A DNA stretch of 64,000 nt from an uncultured Candidatus Saccharibacteria bacterium (GTDB taxonomy: Bacteria > Patescibacteriota > Minisyncoccia > Phycocordibacterales > UBA9973), in assembly GCA_964474435.1 (NCBI GenBank), contig CAYYSI010000001.1:126647-190646 (forward strand), read 5' to 3'. Shown here one piece after another: positions 29,120 through 39,660 of this stretch. Made by a program: the position numbers and the translations under genes. The notes under the pieces were generated by a model. The model had not been told where the DNA came from. It was given only the letters and a program-made list of their open reading frames with translations, and searched no databases. Position 1 is the stretch's first letter; every line of letters begins with the position of its first letter.

Positions 29120-29647
29120 TTATTTTGCTAATTTCAAAAATGCTTCTTCGGTTGCGGGATCAATAGTGTCGGTGACGAATATCATGAGCTCGGTGGTAAG
29201 CCCGAGGTCTTTTTTAATATTCATGAACATATACTCGAAAGGATACATTGATATCCAAACAGAGTTTTTAGCAGCAACGAAGCCCGCCTTTTTTAATATA
29301 TATCGCAGACCATCTCGTTCAGTCTTTTGGGTTTCGGGGACGTCGAGGAGGATGATGCGCCATTTGCCGTCCCAGTTGGGGTTAATGAGGCCAGTATCTG
29401 AGTCGAGCTTGGCAGAATGAGCCTTTTTGCGGCCGTCGCGGGTTAGCCTTGCGTACTCTTGCTGGCCTGAATGGTGGTATTCGACCAATCCTGCATCCTT
29501 GAGGCCCTTGAGCGAGCGTGCAAGGGCATATAAGGACTTTTTATCGCCATCTGGAGTGAGATCTCCAGTCAGCTTTGGCACTGCAACAGCGGGCTTTTCA
29601 GACAATAATCCCAATATTTTCTTGGAGAATTCCGGTTTTCTTGACAT
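29120..29647 (-). CDS. PaaX-like regulator (wHTH + Cas2-like ferredoxin domain)
   Basis: WDGKWRIILLDVPE....RD.LR..LK..GF....NSVWI. Confidence 0.8.
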   Translation of the reverse strand: MSRKPEFSKKILGLLSEKPAVAVPKLTGDLTPDGDKKSLYALARSLKGLKDAGLVEYHHSGQQEYARLTRDGRKKAHSAKLDSDTGLINPNWDGKWRIILLDVPETQKTERDGLRYILKKAGFVAAKNSVWISMYPFEYMFMNIKKDLGLTTELMIFVTDTIDPATEEAFLKLAK

Positions 29648-29755
29648 ACAAAAACGATATCACTATACTGTTATTTGTACAAGTATTTTGCGGTCGCGAA
29701 ATTATGGTAGAAATGCTGAAAATACTTTATTATCATTATTTTTTTAAATTAAATT

Positions 29756-31660
29756 ATGGCAAAAATCATTGGAATTGATCTTGGAACTACAAACAGTGCT
29801 GTCGCCATCATCGAAGGTGGTCAGCCTAAAATTATCGAAAACATCGAAGGCGCACGCACGACACCGTCTATTGTCGCAGTCGGCAAAAATGGCGATCGTC
29901 TTGTGGGGCTACTCGCGAAGCGTCAGGCAGTGACCAATCCAGAAAACACGATCTACGGTATCAAGCGATTTATGGGTCACAAAGCATCTGACGAAGGTTT
30001 GGACAAAGTGATCAAAAGTTCATCATTCAAGGTCTCTCATGGCACTGACGGCGGTGTACAAGTAAAGCTTGGTGACAAGGACTACCGTCCCGAAGAAATC
30101 TCAGCGATGATCTTGCAAAAGATTAAGTCTGATGTCGAAGCAAAGCTCGGTGAAAAGGTCACCGAAGCGATCATCACTGTCCCTGCATACTTCAACGATG
30201 CACAACGCAAGGCTACCAAAGACGCTGGTGCAATCGCAGGGCTTGATGTGAAGCGCATCATCAACGAACCAACCGCGGCCGCCCTCGCATACGGATTTAA
30301 CACCAAAAAGAATGAAAAGATCGCAGTGTACGACTTTGGTGGAGGAACATTCGACGTATCTATCCTCGAAGTTTCTGACATCGACGACCAGCAATCTATC
30401 GAAGTGAAGTCTACCGATGGTGATTCACTCATGGGAGGCCGCGATATCGACCAAAAGATCATGCACTGGATCGCAGACGAATTCAAAAAGCAGTCAGGTG
30501 TCGACGTACTCAACGACCCTCTCGCTCGCCAGCGACTCGACGAAGCCGCAGAAAAAGCAAAGATCGAACTCTCAACCACTCCAGAAACTGAAATCAACAT
30601 TCCATTCATCACCTCAACTGATGCTGGCCCACAGCACTTGCTCCTCAAGATGACCAAGGCACAACTCGAAAGTATCGCAGATGAATTCATTGCGCGATCT
30701 ATCGAGATCACCAAGCGCGCAGTCGAAGCATCCCCGTTCAAGATGTCTGAAATCAACGAAGTCATCCTTGTCGGTGGTCAGACTCGCATGCCGAAAATTG
30801 TAGAGGAAGTAAAGAAACTCTTTGGCAAGGAACCAAATCGCTCTATCAACCCTGACGAGGTCGTAGCGCTCGGTGCAGCTGTCCAAGGTGGCGTGCTCCA
30901 AGGTGATGTGCGTGACGTGCTTTTGCTCGACGTGATCCCGCTTTCACTCGGTATCGAGACAATGGGCGGTGTTGCAACCAAACTCATCGATCGCAATACA
31001 ACAATCCCGTCATCCAAGAGTCAGGTATTCTCAACTGCTGCTGATAACCAGACATCGGTCGAGATCCACATCACGCAAGGTGAGCGACCAATGGCTAGTG
31101 ATAACAAATCCCTCGGACGATTTATCCTCGATGGCATCCCACCAGCACCACGTGGCATGCCACAAGTAGAAGTCACCTTTGATGTCGACTCCAACGGTAT
31201 CCTCGCGGTCAAAGCCAAGGATAAGGCATCTGGCAAAGAGCAATCTATCCGCATCGAGGCTTCATCCGGACTCACGCCAGACGACATCGAACGCATGAAA
31301 AAGGATGCTGAGATCCACGCCAAAGAAGACGAAGAAAAGAAAGCCCTCGTCGATGTCAAAAACTCTGCTGACATGAACATCTTTACTGCAGAGAAATCTC
31401 TCGCAGATCACGGTGACAAACTCCCTCAGGAACTCAAAGACTCTGTGAATGCAAAAGTTGCAGAACTCAAGACTGCAAAAGAGGGAAGTGGCAAGGCTGC
31501 AATCGAAGCCGCTATCCACGCACTCTCTGGTGAACTCTCAAAGATAGGTGAGCACATGCAAAAAGAATCTGCTGGACAAGAAAGTCCTGGCACAGACTCT
31601 GCCCCAAAGGATGCTGAAGCGACTGATACAACAGGAGAACCAGAAGCTCCAAAGGAATAA
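29756..31660 (+). CDS. dnaK: Chaperone DnaK
   Basis: [17 protein letters not shown] and DFGGGTFD. Confidence 0.98.
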   Translation: MAKIIGIDLGTTNSAVAIIEGGQPKIIENIEGARTTPSIVAVGKNGDRLVGLLAKRQAVTNPENTIYGIKRFMGHKASDEGLDKVIKSSSFKVSHGTDGGVQVKLGDKDYRPEEISAMILQKIKSDVEAKLGEKVTEAIITVPAYFNDAQRKATKDAGAIAGLDVKRIINEPTAAALAYGFNTKKNEKIAVYDFGGGTFDVSILEVSDIDDQQSIEVKSTDGDSLMGGRDIDQKIMHWIADEFKKQSGVDVLNDPLARQRLDEAAEKAKIELSTTPETEINIPFITSTDAGPQHLLLKMTKAQLESIADEFIARSIEITKRAVEASPFKMSEINEVILVGGQTRMPKIVEEVKKLFGKEPNRSINPDEVVALGAAVQGGVLQGDVRDVLLLDVIPLSLGIETMGGVATKLIDRNTTIPSSKSQVFSTAADNQTSVEIHITQGERPMASDNKSLGRFILDGIPPAPRGMPQVEVTFDVDSNGILAVKAKDKASGKEQSIRIEASSGLTPDDIERMKKDAEIHAKEDEEKKALVDVKNSADMNIFTAEKSLADHGDKLPQELKDSVNAKVAELKTAKEGSGKAAIEAAIHALSGELSKIGEHMQKESAGQESPGTDSAPKDAEATDTTGEPEAPKE

Positions 31661-31783
31661 TCGATTACAATCCGTATTCTCTTAAAAAGCCCTAAAAATG
31701 GGGCTTTTTAATTTATTGACTTATATGAAAATATGTGCTATTATATATAAGTAAACAAGTTCTAAAACAATTAAATAAAAAAT

Positions 31784-32053
31784 ATGAAAAAATATTGCGT
31801 AAGAATCTGCTGGTCTGTACTTCCTGGCATAATAAGCCTCATTTTAGCCTTGTTGTCATTTAGTAACGGATGGTGGAATAAATTAACTGATACTATTGAC
31901 GTAGGTACAACAGGATCAGGATTATTATCGCCATTTATAGCGATAATAATAATTATAGTTGTACCCCTTATTTTTTTCACATTCTTAATTGAGTTTCTTG
32001 ATGACCGGTTTTTTAAAACTGGACTTAAGATATGGAGAAAAACAACAGGATAA
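31784..32053 (+). CDS. AT-rich two-TM small protein between dnaK and dnaJ
   Basis: TTGACT-17-TATTAT promoter; long hairpin near 32067-32110. Confidence 0.65.
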   Translation: MKKYCVRICWSVLPGIISLILALLSFSNGWWNKLTDTIDVGTTGSGLLSPFIAIIIIIVVPLIFFTFLIEFLDDRFFKTGLKIWRKTTG

Positions 32054-32143
32054 GTAATGCATTTTTGCCCTGAAATAATTTATTAAACACAAATTATTTC
32101 AGGGCTTTTTTTATTTCTCACATATGGTATAGTACTCACACCT

Positions 32144-32221
32144 ATGAACAAGAAACGAAAAGTAGCTGCAAAAAAGAAGCGCAAGAAGGATGGCAAGACC
32201 GTCTCTCTACGACATCGATAA
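32144..32221 (+). CDS. Unannotated 25-aa Lys/Arg-rich microprotein
   Basis: MNKKRKVAAKKKRKKDGKTVSLRHR; TGGTATAGT upstream; GC hairpin downstream. Confidence 0.5.
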   Translation: MNKKRKVAAKKKRKKDGKTVSLRHR

Positions 32222-32293
32222 TCCTCGTATTGTCATAGAAAATCCCGCTACAAGGCGGGTTTTCTTATGGGAAAAATGTGGTAAAATATGCAT

Positions 32294-33358
32294 ATGAGCA
32301 AAGACTATTACGAGACACTTGGCGTCCAAAAAAGCGCCTCAAAGGATGAGATTAAAAAGGCCTTCCACAAGATGGCGCATAAATACCATCCTGATAAATC
32401 GACTGGGGACGAAGCCAAGTTCAAGGAAGTAAACGAAGCGTATCAGACGCTCTCTGATGATCAGAAGCGTGCGCAGTATGATCAGTTTGGATCAGCTGGA
32501 CCACAAATGGGTGGCGGATACGATGCAGGTGGATTTGGCGGGTTTGACTTTAATGGCTTTGGACAAGGTGGATTTGAGTTCGACATGGGAGATATGTTTG
32601 GGGATCTCTTTGGTGGTGGTCGCAAAGCGCGACAACAGCGCGGCGCTGATTTGCAGACATCTATCTCTATAGAGTTCAAAGATGCAGTCTTTGGTGTCGA
32701 ACGCGAGCTCCATATCAAGAAACCTTCGACCTGTACGACCTGTAAAGGTGATGGTGCAAAACCTGGGACAAATCTCGAGACGTGTAGCCAATGTAACGGT
32801 AAAGGTCAGGTACGCAACATTCAGCGCACAATCCTCGGCTCAATCGCAACCAACCAAACCTGTGACAAATGTCATGGCGTCGGCAAGATCCCCAAGGATC
32901 CATGTACGACCTGTCACGGCAAAGGCGTGGTCAACGAATCCCGAACCATCAAACTTAACGTTCCAGCCGGGATTCAAAATGGCGAGACCCTCCGTCTCGC
33001 TGGTATGGGGGAGGCGATCACTGGTGGACAGTCAGGGGACTTGTATGTACATGTCTCTGTCGCTAGTCACAAGACGATACAGCGCATACAAAACGACCTC
33101 GTGACCACACTTCCGATCAAGCTCACCGATGCACTCCTTGGTGCAACGTACGCAGTCAAAACTCTCGACGGTACTGAGCAAATCTCTATCCCGACAGGTA
33201 CGAGAGTAGGAGACACAATCACGCTGAAGCACAAAGGTGTGCCAACATCTAGCTCAAAGCGAGGCAACTTCGTCATCAAACTCGATATCAAACTTCCTGA
33301 GAAGTTGAGTAAGCACGCAAAGGAGGTGATAGAGGAATTGAAGAAGGAGGGGATTTAA
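32294..33358 (+). CDS. dnaJ: Chaperone DnaJ
   Basis: HPD motif, G/F region, four CxxCxGxG repeats. Confidence 0.97.
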   Translation: MSKDYYETLGVQKSASKDEIKKAFHKMAHKYHPDKSTGDEAKFKEVNEAYQTLSDDQKRAQYDQFGSAGPQMGGGYDAGGFGGFDFNGFGQGGFEFDMGDMFGDLFGGGRKARQQRGADLQTSISIEFKDAVFGVERELHIKKPSTCTTCKGDGAKPGTNLETCSQCNGKGQVRNIQRTILGSIATNQTCDKCHGVGKIPKDPCTTCHGKGVVNESRTIKLNVPAGIQNGETLRLAGMGEAITGGQSGDLYVHVSVASHKTIQRIQNDLVTTLPIKLTDALLGATYAVKTLDGTEQISIPTGTRVGDTITLKHKGVPTSSSKRGNFVIKLDIKLPEKLSKHAKEVIEELKKEGI

Positions 33359-33462
33359 ACAATAAACTCACTGAAAAGCCTTTAGAAATAAGGGCTTTTT
33401 ATATTGACAAATTATGTAAAATATGCTATGATTTATATAGTTCTTCACCAAAAAAATAAAAC

Positions 33463-33840
33463 ATGAAAAAAGTAATTGTTTTCATAACTGTTGCAATAGC
33501 GACATTTGCCTCATACAGTGTTTCTTCATACTTTCTTAAGTTGTTATATATTCAATATCCCTCAGATTTCAGCGACGATAAGAATTATCTCTTTGTAAAA
33601 ATGATATTGGCCACAATCGTGTGGGCTGGTGTCGTTGCATTGATTCTCTTTCTTATGAAAAAGGAATTCAAAGAGAAAGACGAATTAACGAAACCCGAAA
33701 AGGAATTTAGAGAGTATTATAGTAACCTGTTTGATGATCTTTATGGTTGGGCAATAGGGACTTTTGCTCTTATTGGTATTTTCCTTATGCCCTTACTAGT
33801 ATGGGTTAGCAACGATATTGTGCACTGGATCGTTCGTTGA
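33463..33840 (+). CDS. AT-rich three-TM membrane protein
   Basis: TTGACA-17-TATGAT promoter; hairpin near 33863-33890. Confidence 0.7.
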   Translation: MKKVIVFITVAIATFASYSVSSYFLKLLYIQYPSDFSDDKNYLFVKMILATIVWAGVVALILFLMKKEFKEKDELTKPEKEFREYYSNLFDDLYGWAIGTFALIGIFLMPLLVWVSNDIVHWIVR

Positions 33841-33921
33841 AAATAATTTCGTTGTTTAAAGTAGCCTTTCGTAAAACGGAAGGCTTTTTTTATTGCCCAG
33901 ATTTGCTAGAATACAATCACT

Positions 33922-35379
33922 ATGGCATCCATTCCAGAACTGCGGGACGAGCGACTGAAAAAGAAGGCGATACTTGAGGACAAGGGCATTAACCCATATC
34001 CGGCTACAACCAATCGCACTGACGCGATCAACCTTTTTATCGACCGCTTTACTATCTACGAAACTGGCAAAGACACTATCACGCTTGCAGGACGCATCAT
34101 GTCCAAACGTGGCCAAGGAGGTCTCGCATTTGCAGATATCTTTGATGGCACAGGTAGCATGCAGCTCTTCTTGAAATCTGACGAGATGGACGCTGTCGCA
34201 TATGAACTCTGGAACGAAACGACTGACGTTGGCGACTTCGTTGAAGCGACTGGTATCGCATACACAACCAAGCGCGGCGAAAAGGCACTCTTTGTATCAA
34301 GCTGGAACATGCTTGCAAAGTCATTGCTTCCACTTCCTGAAAAATGGCATGGACTTGCTGACGAGGATGAGCGCTACCGCAAACGATACCTCGATATCCT
34401 GACCAATCCTGAGCTTCGTGCGATGTTTGATCAGAAGGCGAAGTTTTGGGAAGTGACACGCAACTTCATGAAAGAGAGCGGCTTTATGGAAGTCGAAACC
34501 CCGACACTTGAAGTCACAACTGGTGGAGCTGAAGCAAATCCGTTCAAAACATTCCACAAAGACTTTGCACTCGATGTGTTCATGCGCATCTCTGTCGGAG
34601 AGTTGTGGCAGAAGCGTCTGATGGCGGCCGGATTCCCAAAGACTTTTGAGATCGGTCGTGTGTATCGTAACGAAGGCTCTGGTCCTGACCACCTCCAAGA
34701 ATTCACGAACATGGAGTTTTATTGGGGCTATGCAGACTACGAGGCAGGCATGAAGCTCGTCGAGCAACTCTATCGCAAGATTGCAGAGGAGGCATTTGGT
34801 ACGACTACATTTACTACACGTGGACACACCTTTGACCTAAACGATGAATGGAAACGGATTGATTATGTACAGGAGATCGAAAAGCAAACAGGTATCAATG
34901 TGCTGGATGCATCCGAAGACGACATGCGTGCAAAGCTCGATGAGCTCGGCGTGAAGTATACTGGCACCAACAAAGAACGCCTCACCGACACTCTTTGGAA
35001 ATATTGCCGCAAGTCTATTAGCGGCCCAGCATTTCTCGTGCGTGTACCCAAGCTCGTTTCTCCGCTTGCAAAGGCATGTGTTGATGACCCACGAGTAACT
35101 GAGCGTTTCCAGGTACTCCTTGCAGGCTCTGAAGTAGGGAATGGATTCTCTGAGCTCAATGATCCAGTCGACCAGCGTGCACGATTTGATCTACAGCAAT
35201 CAATGATTGATCGAGGCGATGATGAAGCAATGATGCCCGAATGGGAATTCGTCGAGATGCTCGAGCATGGCATGCCACCAACGTGTGGGTTTGGATTTGG
35301 TGAGCGACTGTTTGCATTCCTTGTGGACAAGCCTCTTCGTGAGACACAGCTTTTCCCACTTTTGAAGCCGAGGGAATAA
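33922..35379 (+). CDS. lysS: Lysine--tRNA ligase (class II)
   Basis: GGAEANPF, YRNEG, SELNDP and GMPPT.G.G.G. Confidence 0.97.
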   Translation: MASIPELRDERLKKKAILEDKGINPYPATTNRTDAINLFIDRFTIYETGKDTITLAGRIMSKRGQGGLAFADIFDGTGSMQLFLKSDEMDAVAYELWNETTDVGDFVEATGIAYTTKRGEKALFVSSWNMLAKSLLPLPEKWHGLADEDERYRKRYLDILTNPELRAMFDQKAKFWEVTRNFMKESGFMEVETPTLEVTTGGAEANPFKTFHKDFALDVFMRISVGELWQKRLMAAGFPKTFEIGRVYRNEGSGPDHLQEFTNMEFYWGYADYEAGMKLVEQLYRKIAEEAFGTTTFTTRGHTFDLNDEWKRIDYVQEIEKQTGINVLDASEDDMRAKLDELGVKYTGTNKERLTDTLWKYCRKSISGPAFLVRVPKLVSPLAKACVDDPRVTERFQVLLAGSEVGNGFSELNDPVDQRARFDLQQSMIDRGDDEAMMPEWEFVEMLEHGMPPTCGFGFGERLFAFLVDKPLRETQLFPLLKPRE

Positions 35380-35381
35380 AT

Positions 35382-35831
35382 ATGTTGATGGTAAAAACTA
35401 AAATTAAAGAAAGTACAATTCTTGGAGCAGGTATGGGGCTCTTCGCTTCTCAATTTATTGCAAAAGGAACAGTGATGTGGAGGTTCTGTCCCGGGTATGA
35501 CCTAATCGTTCCAAAAGATGATTTGTTACGGTTTTCTGAAGAATCACGTGCCCAATTTTTGAACTACTGTTATTTCAACAAGAAGACAAAACACTTCATT
35601 CTCTGTGGTGATGACGAACGATTTATTAATCATTCTGAAAACCCGAATGTTATTCAAAGTGAAACGGGAGATGAGATTGAGGGTGTAGAACTTGCGGCTC
35701 GCGATATACAGATTGGTGAGGAATTGTTTGTAAATTACTACGAATTTGATGAAGATGCGGAACGTAAACTCAAGAATGGCGATATGAGTATGTATCTCAA
35801 ATACGAAGAAGGGAATCAAAACACACTATGA
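35382..35831 (+). CDS. SET domain protein
   Basis: G.GLFA...I.KG, FINHSENPN and GEELFVNY. Confidence 0.9.
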   Translation: MLMVKTKIKESTILGAGMGLFASQFIAKGTVMWRFCPGYDLIVPKDDLLRFSEESRAQFLNYCYFNKKTKHFILCGDDERFINHSENPNVIQSETGDEIEGVELAARDIQIGEELFVNYYEFDEDAERKLKNGDMSMYLKYEEGNQNTL

Positions 35832-36406
35832 TCACCATAGCGCTAGCTATCATCGCAGTTATTCTTCAAATAATAGGTCACATACAGTACAACCGTGAGC
35901 CTGACATTCGTCCCAACCTGACATCATGGTCTATCTGGGGTCTCACTTCGCTTATCGATACGCTCAACTATATTGACCTCACTGGTGACTGGCAAAAGAA
36001 TTTACTGTCTATTACATGTTCGGTGTGTTGCCTGATAACCTGGGCGCTATTGTTATTCAAAGGGAAGTTTAGTATTCCAAAACTGAGAGATTATATCAGT
36101 CTAGGAGTTTCTGCGCTCGCATTGATTCTCTGGAAAAACTTTGGTCTTGTCCGTGAATCAAGTGCGGTACTACAAGTAGACAATGTCATTTCCTTTATTC
36201 CGATCATTACTACAACATGGCATGATCCCAAATCAGAACGCCCTGCGGCATGGACATGGTGGACTGCATCGTATGGACTAGGTACAATCGTCGTCCTACT
36301 ACGTATGAACGATCCGGTGGAACTGTTATTTCCATTGAGTTGCTTTGTACTACATCTATTTGTGGCAGTGTTTGCACTTGGCAAACACAAGAAAATCGTT
36401 TCGTAG
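35828..36406 (+). CDS. Multi-pass membrane protein (PQ-loop-like repeat)
   Basis: About six TM segments; RPN..SW.IW and P.SE...AW half-repeats; ATGA overlap with the SET gene. Confidence 0.7.
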   Translation: MITIALAIIAVILQIIGHIQYNREPDIRPNLTSWSIWGLTSLIDTLNYIDLTGDWQKNLLSITCSVCCLITWALLLFKGKFSIPKLRDYISLGVSALALILWKNFGLVRESSAVLQVDNVISFIPIITTTWHDPKSERPAAWTWWTASYGLGTIVVLLRMNDPVELLFPLSCFVLHLFVAVFALGKHKKIVS

Positions 36407-36435
36407 TTTTGAATATCTATTCTATAATTAAGTCC

Positions 36436-36582
36436 ATGGACAGAAGCTCAAAGATCTTAATAGCTATTATCATTATTGGTGTAGTTGCTTCACTGGCAGT
36501 ACTATATCGAAATACGATGATGTCACAAAGTTTTGAGATAATTCAGAATGAGAATGGTATACCAGAGGTACCTGAAGAATAA
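36436..36582 (+). CDS. Small single-TM protein upstream of the histidine kinase
   Basis: MDRSSKILIAIIIIGVVASLAVLY; TATAAT 7 nt upstream; 2 nt before the kinase start. Confidence 0.6.
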   Translation: MDRSSKILIAIIIIGVVASLAVLYRNTMMSQSFEIIQNENGIPEVPEE

Positions 36583-36584
36583 CC

Positions 36585-38276
36585 ATGTTAGCAACAATAC
36601 AAACAATTGGAGCAGAAGTTTGTCAGTGGTACAGTGCCCCATATTTTCTTTTTTCTGGAAATGTGTTTTCGAATCTGATTTATTATTCACACATATTTCC
36701 AGCTATCGCCGCCTTACTCGTTGGCTGTTTGATTTATTTTAGTAACAGAAAGGCACTCATCAACAAAGTTCTTTTTTTCACGATGATGGCATTCGTGCTC
36801 TGGACGCTGATAGACCTTATGTTGTGGGCAACAGAGCGTGTTGATCTCATCATGTTTTCATGGTCAGCTCTTGCGTATATTGAGCCGCTGATATATATCG
36901 GTCTTATGTATGTGGTGCATATCTTTGTCAAAAAGTCTGATATCCCATTCAAAAAAAAGGTGTTTATTGCTCTAACTCTTCTACCTATTCTCTTGCTTGC
37001 ACCGACCGCAAAAAATCTTGTCGGATTTGATTTCACCAACTGTGATCGAGAAGCTATCGAAGGACCGCTCTGGACGTATATCTACATACTCGAGTTTGCT
37101 ATTGTTGCAGCAATTGCATTTATCGGGTTTAGAAAATCTCCTGATCCAGAGCGTGTAACTCAAAATCGCCTCATAACGATCGGATCAATATTATTCCTTC
37201 TGAGCCTTTCATTGGGTAATATCGTTGGGAGCTTCTCAGAAAACTGGAGTATTGCGCAATACGGACTTTTTGGAATGCCAGTCTTTATTGTATTCCTTTC
37301 ATATCTCGTCATCAGATATCAGCGCTTTAATACAAAAGTCTTTGCAACGCAAATATTGAGCGGATCACTTGCGATCCTCGTTCTATCATTACTTCTTATT
37401 CAAGATATCCAACTCATTCGGTTAATTGTATTGTTCACTTTTGCACTGACAATTGCATTTGGATATTTGCTCAATATTTCCGTTATCAAGGAACATCGTC
37501 AAAAAACTGAAATCGAAGAATTGGCAAAAAATCTGGAGTATGCTAACAACAATCTCGAACATGCTAACGAGAAGCTCAAGGGTGTCGATAAGCTCAAGAC
37601 TGAATTCCTCTCACTTGCCTCCCACCAGTTGCGTAGCCCACTTACTGCGATCAAGGGGTATTCGTCGATGTTGATTGAAGGATCGTTTGGTGCATTGACC
37701 AAGAAAGTTGATGAGCCGATCAAACGTATCTATACATCTGCACAAGGACTCGTCAGTATTGTCGAGGACTTGCTCAACGTTTCCAAGATCGAGCAGGGTG
37801 GTATGAAGTATGAATTCCAGCAAACTGACCTCAACCTAGTTGTGAAAAACCTCTATGAAGAAATGCAGATCCCGGCGCAGAGCAAGAACATCATATTTAC
37901 ACTTGATATGAAGGCTGATGAGAAATTTATCGTGAACGCCGATCCTGTCAAAATCAAACAAGTCTTCCTCAACCTCACTGACAATAGTATCAAATATACA
38001 CCAGACGACGGCACAGTGTCGCTATCATTGAAGCGAGTTGATGACACGATAGAGTTCGCCGTAAAAGATACGGGCATGGGTATTTCTCCAGAAACCCGGG
38101 CGAAACTGTTTGAGAAGTTTAGTCGTGGTGAGGGTGGCAAGATGAATACGGGAGGAAGTGGTTTGGGGCTCTATCTCGCACGACAGATCGCAATCGCACA
38201 CAAGGGGGATGTGGTCATCGAAAGTGAGGGTCTCGGCAAAGGTTCTACATTCAAGGTCGTATTGCCGACGATGTAA
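36585..38276 (+). CDS. Sensor histidine kinase with multi-TM (7TM-like) input domain
   Basis: SHQLRSPL H-box, NLTDNSIKYT, DTGMGI and GSGLGL. Confidence 0.93.
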   Translation: MLATIQTIGAEVCQWYSAPYFLFSGNVFSNLIYYSHIFPAIAALLVGCLIYFSNRKALINKVLFFTMMAFVLWTLIDLMLWATERVDLIMFSWSALAYIEPLIYIGLMYVVHIFVKKSDIPFKKKVFIALTLLPILLLAPTAKNLVGFDFTNCDREAIEGPLWTYIYILEFAIVAAIAFIGFRKSPDPERVTQNRLITIGSILFLLSLSLGNIVGSFSENWSIAQYGLFGMPVFIVFLSYLVIRYQRFNTKVFATQILSGSLAILVLSLLLIQDIQLIRLIVLFTFALTIAFGYLLNISVIKEHRQKTEIEELAKNLEYANNNLEHANEKLKGVDKLKTEFLSLASHQLRSPLTAIKGYSSMLIEGSFGALTKKVDEPIKRIYTSAQGLVSIVEDLLNVSKIEQGGMKYEFQQTDLNLVVKNLYEEMQIPAQSKNIIFTLDMKADEKFIVNADPVKIKQVFLNLTDNSIKYTPDDGTVSLSLKRVDDTIEFAVKDTGMGISPETRAKLFEKFSRGEGGKMNTGGSGLGLYLARQIAIAHKGDVVIESEGLGKGSTFKVVLPTM

Positions 38277-38279
38277 GTA

Positions 38280-39656
38280 TTATTGCAGCACTGTTCCTTC
38301 TGGTGTATCGAGGACTTCGTAGCCAAATGCTATGAGTTGGTCACGGATGTGGTCGGAGGTTGCGAAGTCTTTGTTGGCGCGGGCTTCGTCGCGTTTTGCA
38401 GCGAGTGCTTTGACTGCGTCAGTGATAACGATCTTGCGAACATATGCGAGGTCAAGTCCAAGGACAGTGTCGAACTTCAGCAGTGTTGCCCATTTATCTT
38501 TATTTTCGATAGCTGCATCATTAAAAAGTTCCCAGAGAACTGCAAGCGCCTTGGAAGTATTGAGATCGTCAGAGAGCGCATCAGTGAACGCGTCAAGGTA
38601 TGAATCAATGACATCACCGACGAATGGTTGTTTTGCAGCAAATGCTTGGAGCTTTTTGAGCTGGGTGTTTGCAACTTCGAGTGAATCCCATGTGAAGTTG
38701 AGTGGCTTGCGATAGCTTGTTTGCATAAACATGAGACGTACTGCAAGCGGATTGATTTTGCGAGCGAGTATATCGTCGATGTTATAGAAATTTTGTAAAC
38801 TCTTTGACATTTTGACACCATCGACGAGGAGGAAGTCGTGGTGCACCCAATACTTCACAAAGTCGTGCCCAGTTGCGCACTCACTCTGTGCGATTTCGTT
38901 TTCGTGGTGCACGGGAATGTGATCAATACCGCCAGTATGAATGTCGATCGTCTCGCCCAAATATTTCATACTCATCGCAGAACACTCGATGTGCCACCCT
39001 GGGAAACCATCGCCCCACGGAGACGGCCAATACATTGCGTGGTCTCTAAATTTGCCTACACGTTTGAACCAAAGAGAGAAGTCTGCAGGGTTTCGTTTCT
39101 CGGGATCAATGACGACATCATCCCGAACTGCAACTTCTTTTTGATCAAGCTTTTGACCAGAGAGTGATCCATACTTTGGATCTGTGGATATATCAAAATA
39201 AAGCGCTTGGTTTGTCTCATAGGCAAAACCTTTTGATATGAGTTTCTCATTGAGCTCTATCATTTCTTTGATATGACTCGTTGCCTTTGATTCAATATGC
39301 GGCGGCAGTACATTCACCGCTTGCATACTTTTATGAAAATACTCCGTATAAAATTCGGCAATGTCCCAAACAGTTTTGCCTTCAGTCGCGGCTTTCTTTT
39401 CAAATTTATCATCGCCCTCGTCTGAGTCATTGGTGAGATGTCCAACATCGGTAATATTCATGACATGCTTTACGTCGTATCCGACCAACGCCAGTGTTCG
39501 TCGCACCATATCGTCGCCAATGTATTTGCGCATATGTCCGATATGGGTGTAGTCGTAGACAGTTGGGCCACAGGCGTACATTGTCACCGTAGGAGCATTG
39601 AGTGGAGCGAATTCCTCAACTGATCGACTTTGTGTATTGTAGAGCGAAAGTTTCAT
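38280..39656 (-). CDS. cysS: Cysteine--tRNA ligase
   Basis: [20 protein letters not shown] and KMSKS. Confidence 0.97.
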   Translation of the reverse strand: MKLSLYNTQSRSVEEFAPLNAPTVTMYACGPTVYDYTHIGHMRKYIGDDMVRRTLALVGYDVKHVMNITDVGHLTNDSDEGDDKFEKKAATEGKTVWDIAEFYTEYFHKSMQAVNVLPPHIESKATSHIKEMIELNEKLISKGFAYETNQALYFDISTDPKYGSLSGQKLDQKEVAVRDDVVIDPEKRNPADFSLWFKRVGKFRDHAMYWPSPWGDGFPGWHIECSAMSMKYLGETIDIHTGGIDHIPVHHENEIAQSECATGHDFVKYWVHHDFLLVDGVKMSKSLQNFYNIDDILARKINPLAVRLMFMQTSYRKPLNFTWDSLEVANTQLKKLQAFAAKQPFVGDVIDSYLDAFTDALSDDLNTSKALAVLWELFNDAAIENKDKWATLLKFDTVLGLDLAYVRKIVITDAVKALAAKRDEARANKDFATSDHIRDQLIAFGYEVLDTPEGTVLQ

Positions 39657-39660
39657 ACGG

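Noticed and set aside
29120-29647. Cas2-like domain as evidence of CRISPR-Cas
   Set aside because: PaaX-type fusion; no array and no cas1 or other cas genes in the window.
31685-33890. GGCTTTTT at both ends of the dnaK/dnaJ cassettes as target-site duplications
   Set aside because: This is the generic 3' arm and T tract of intrinsic terminators; it cannot be distinguished from a duplication without an empty allele.
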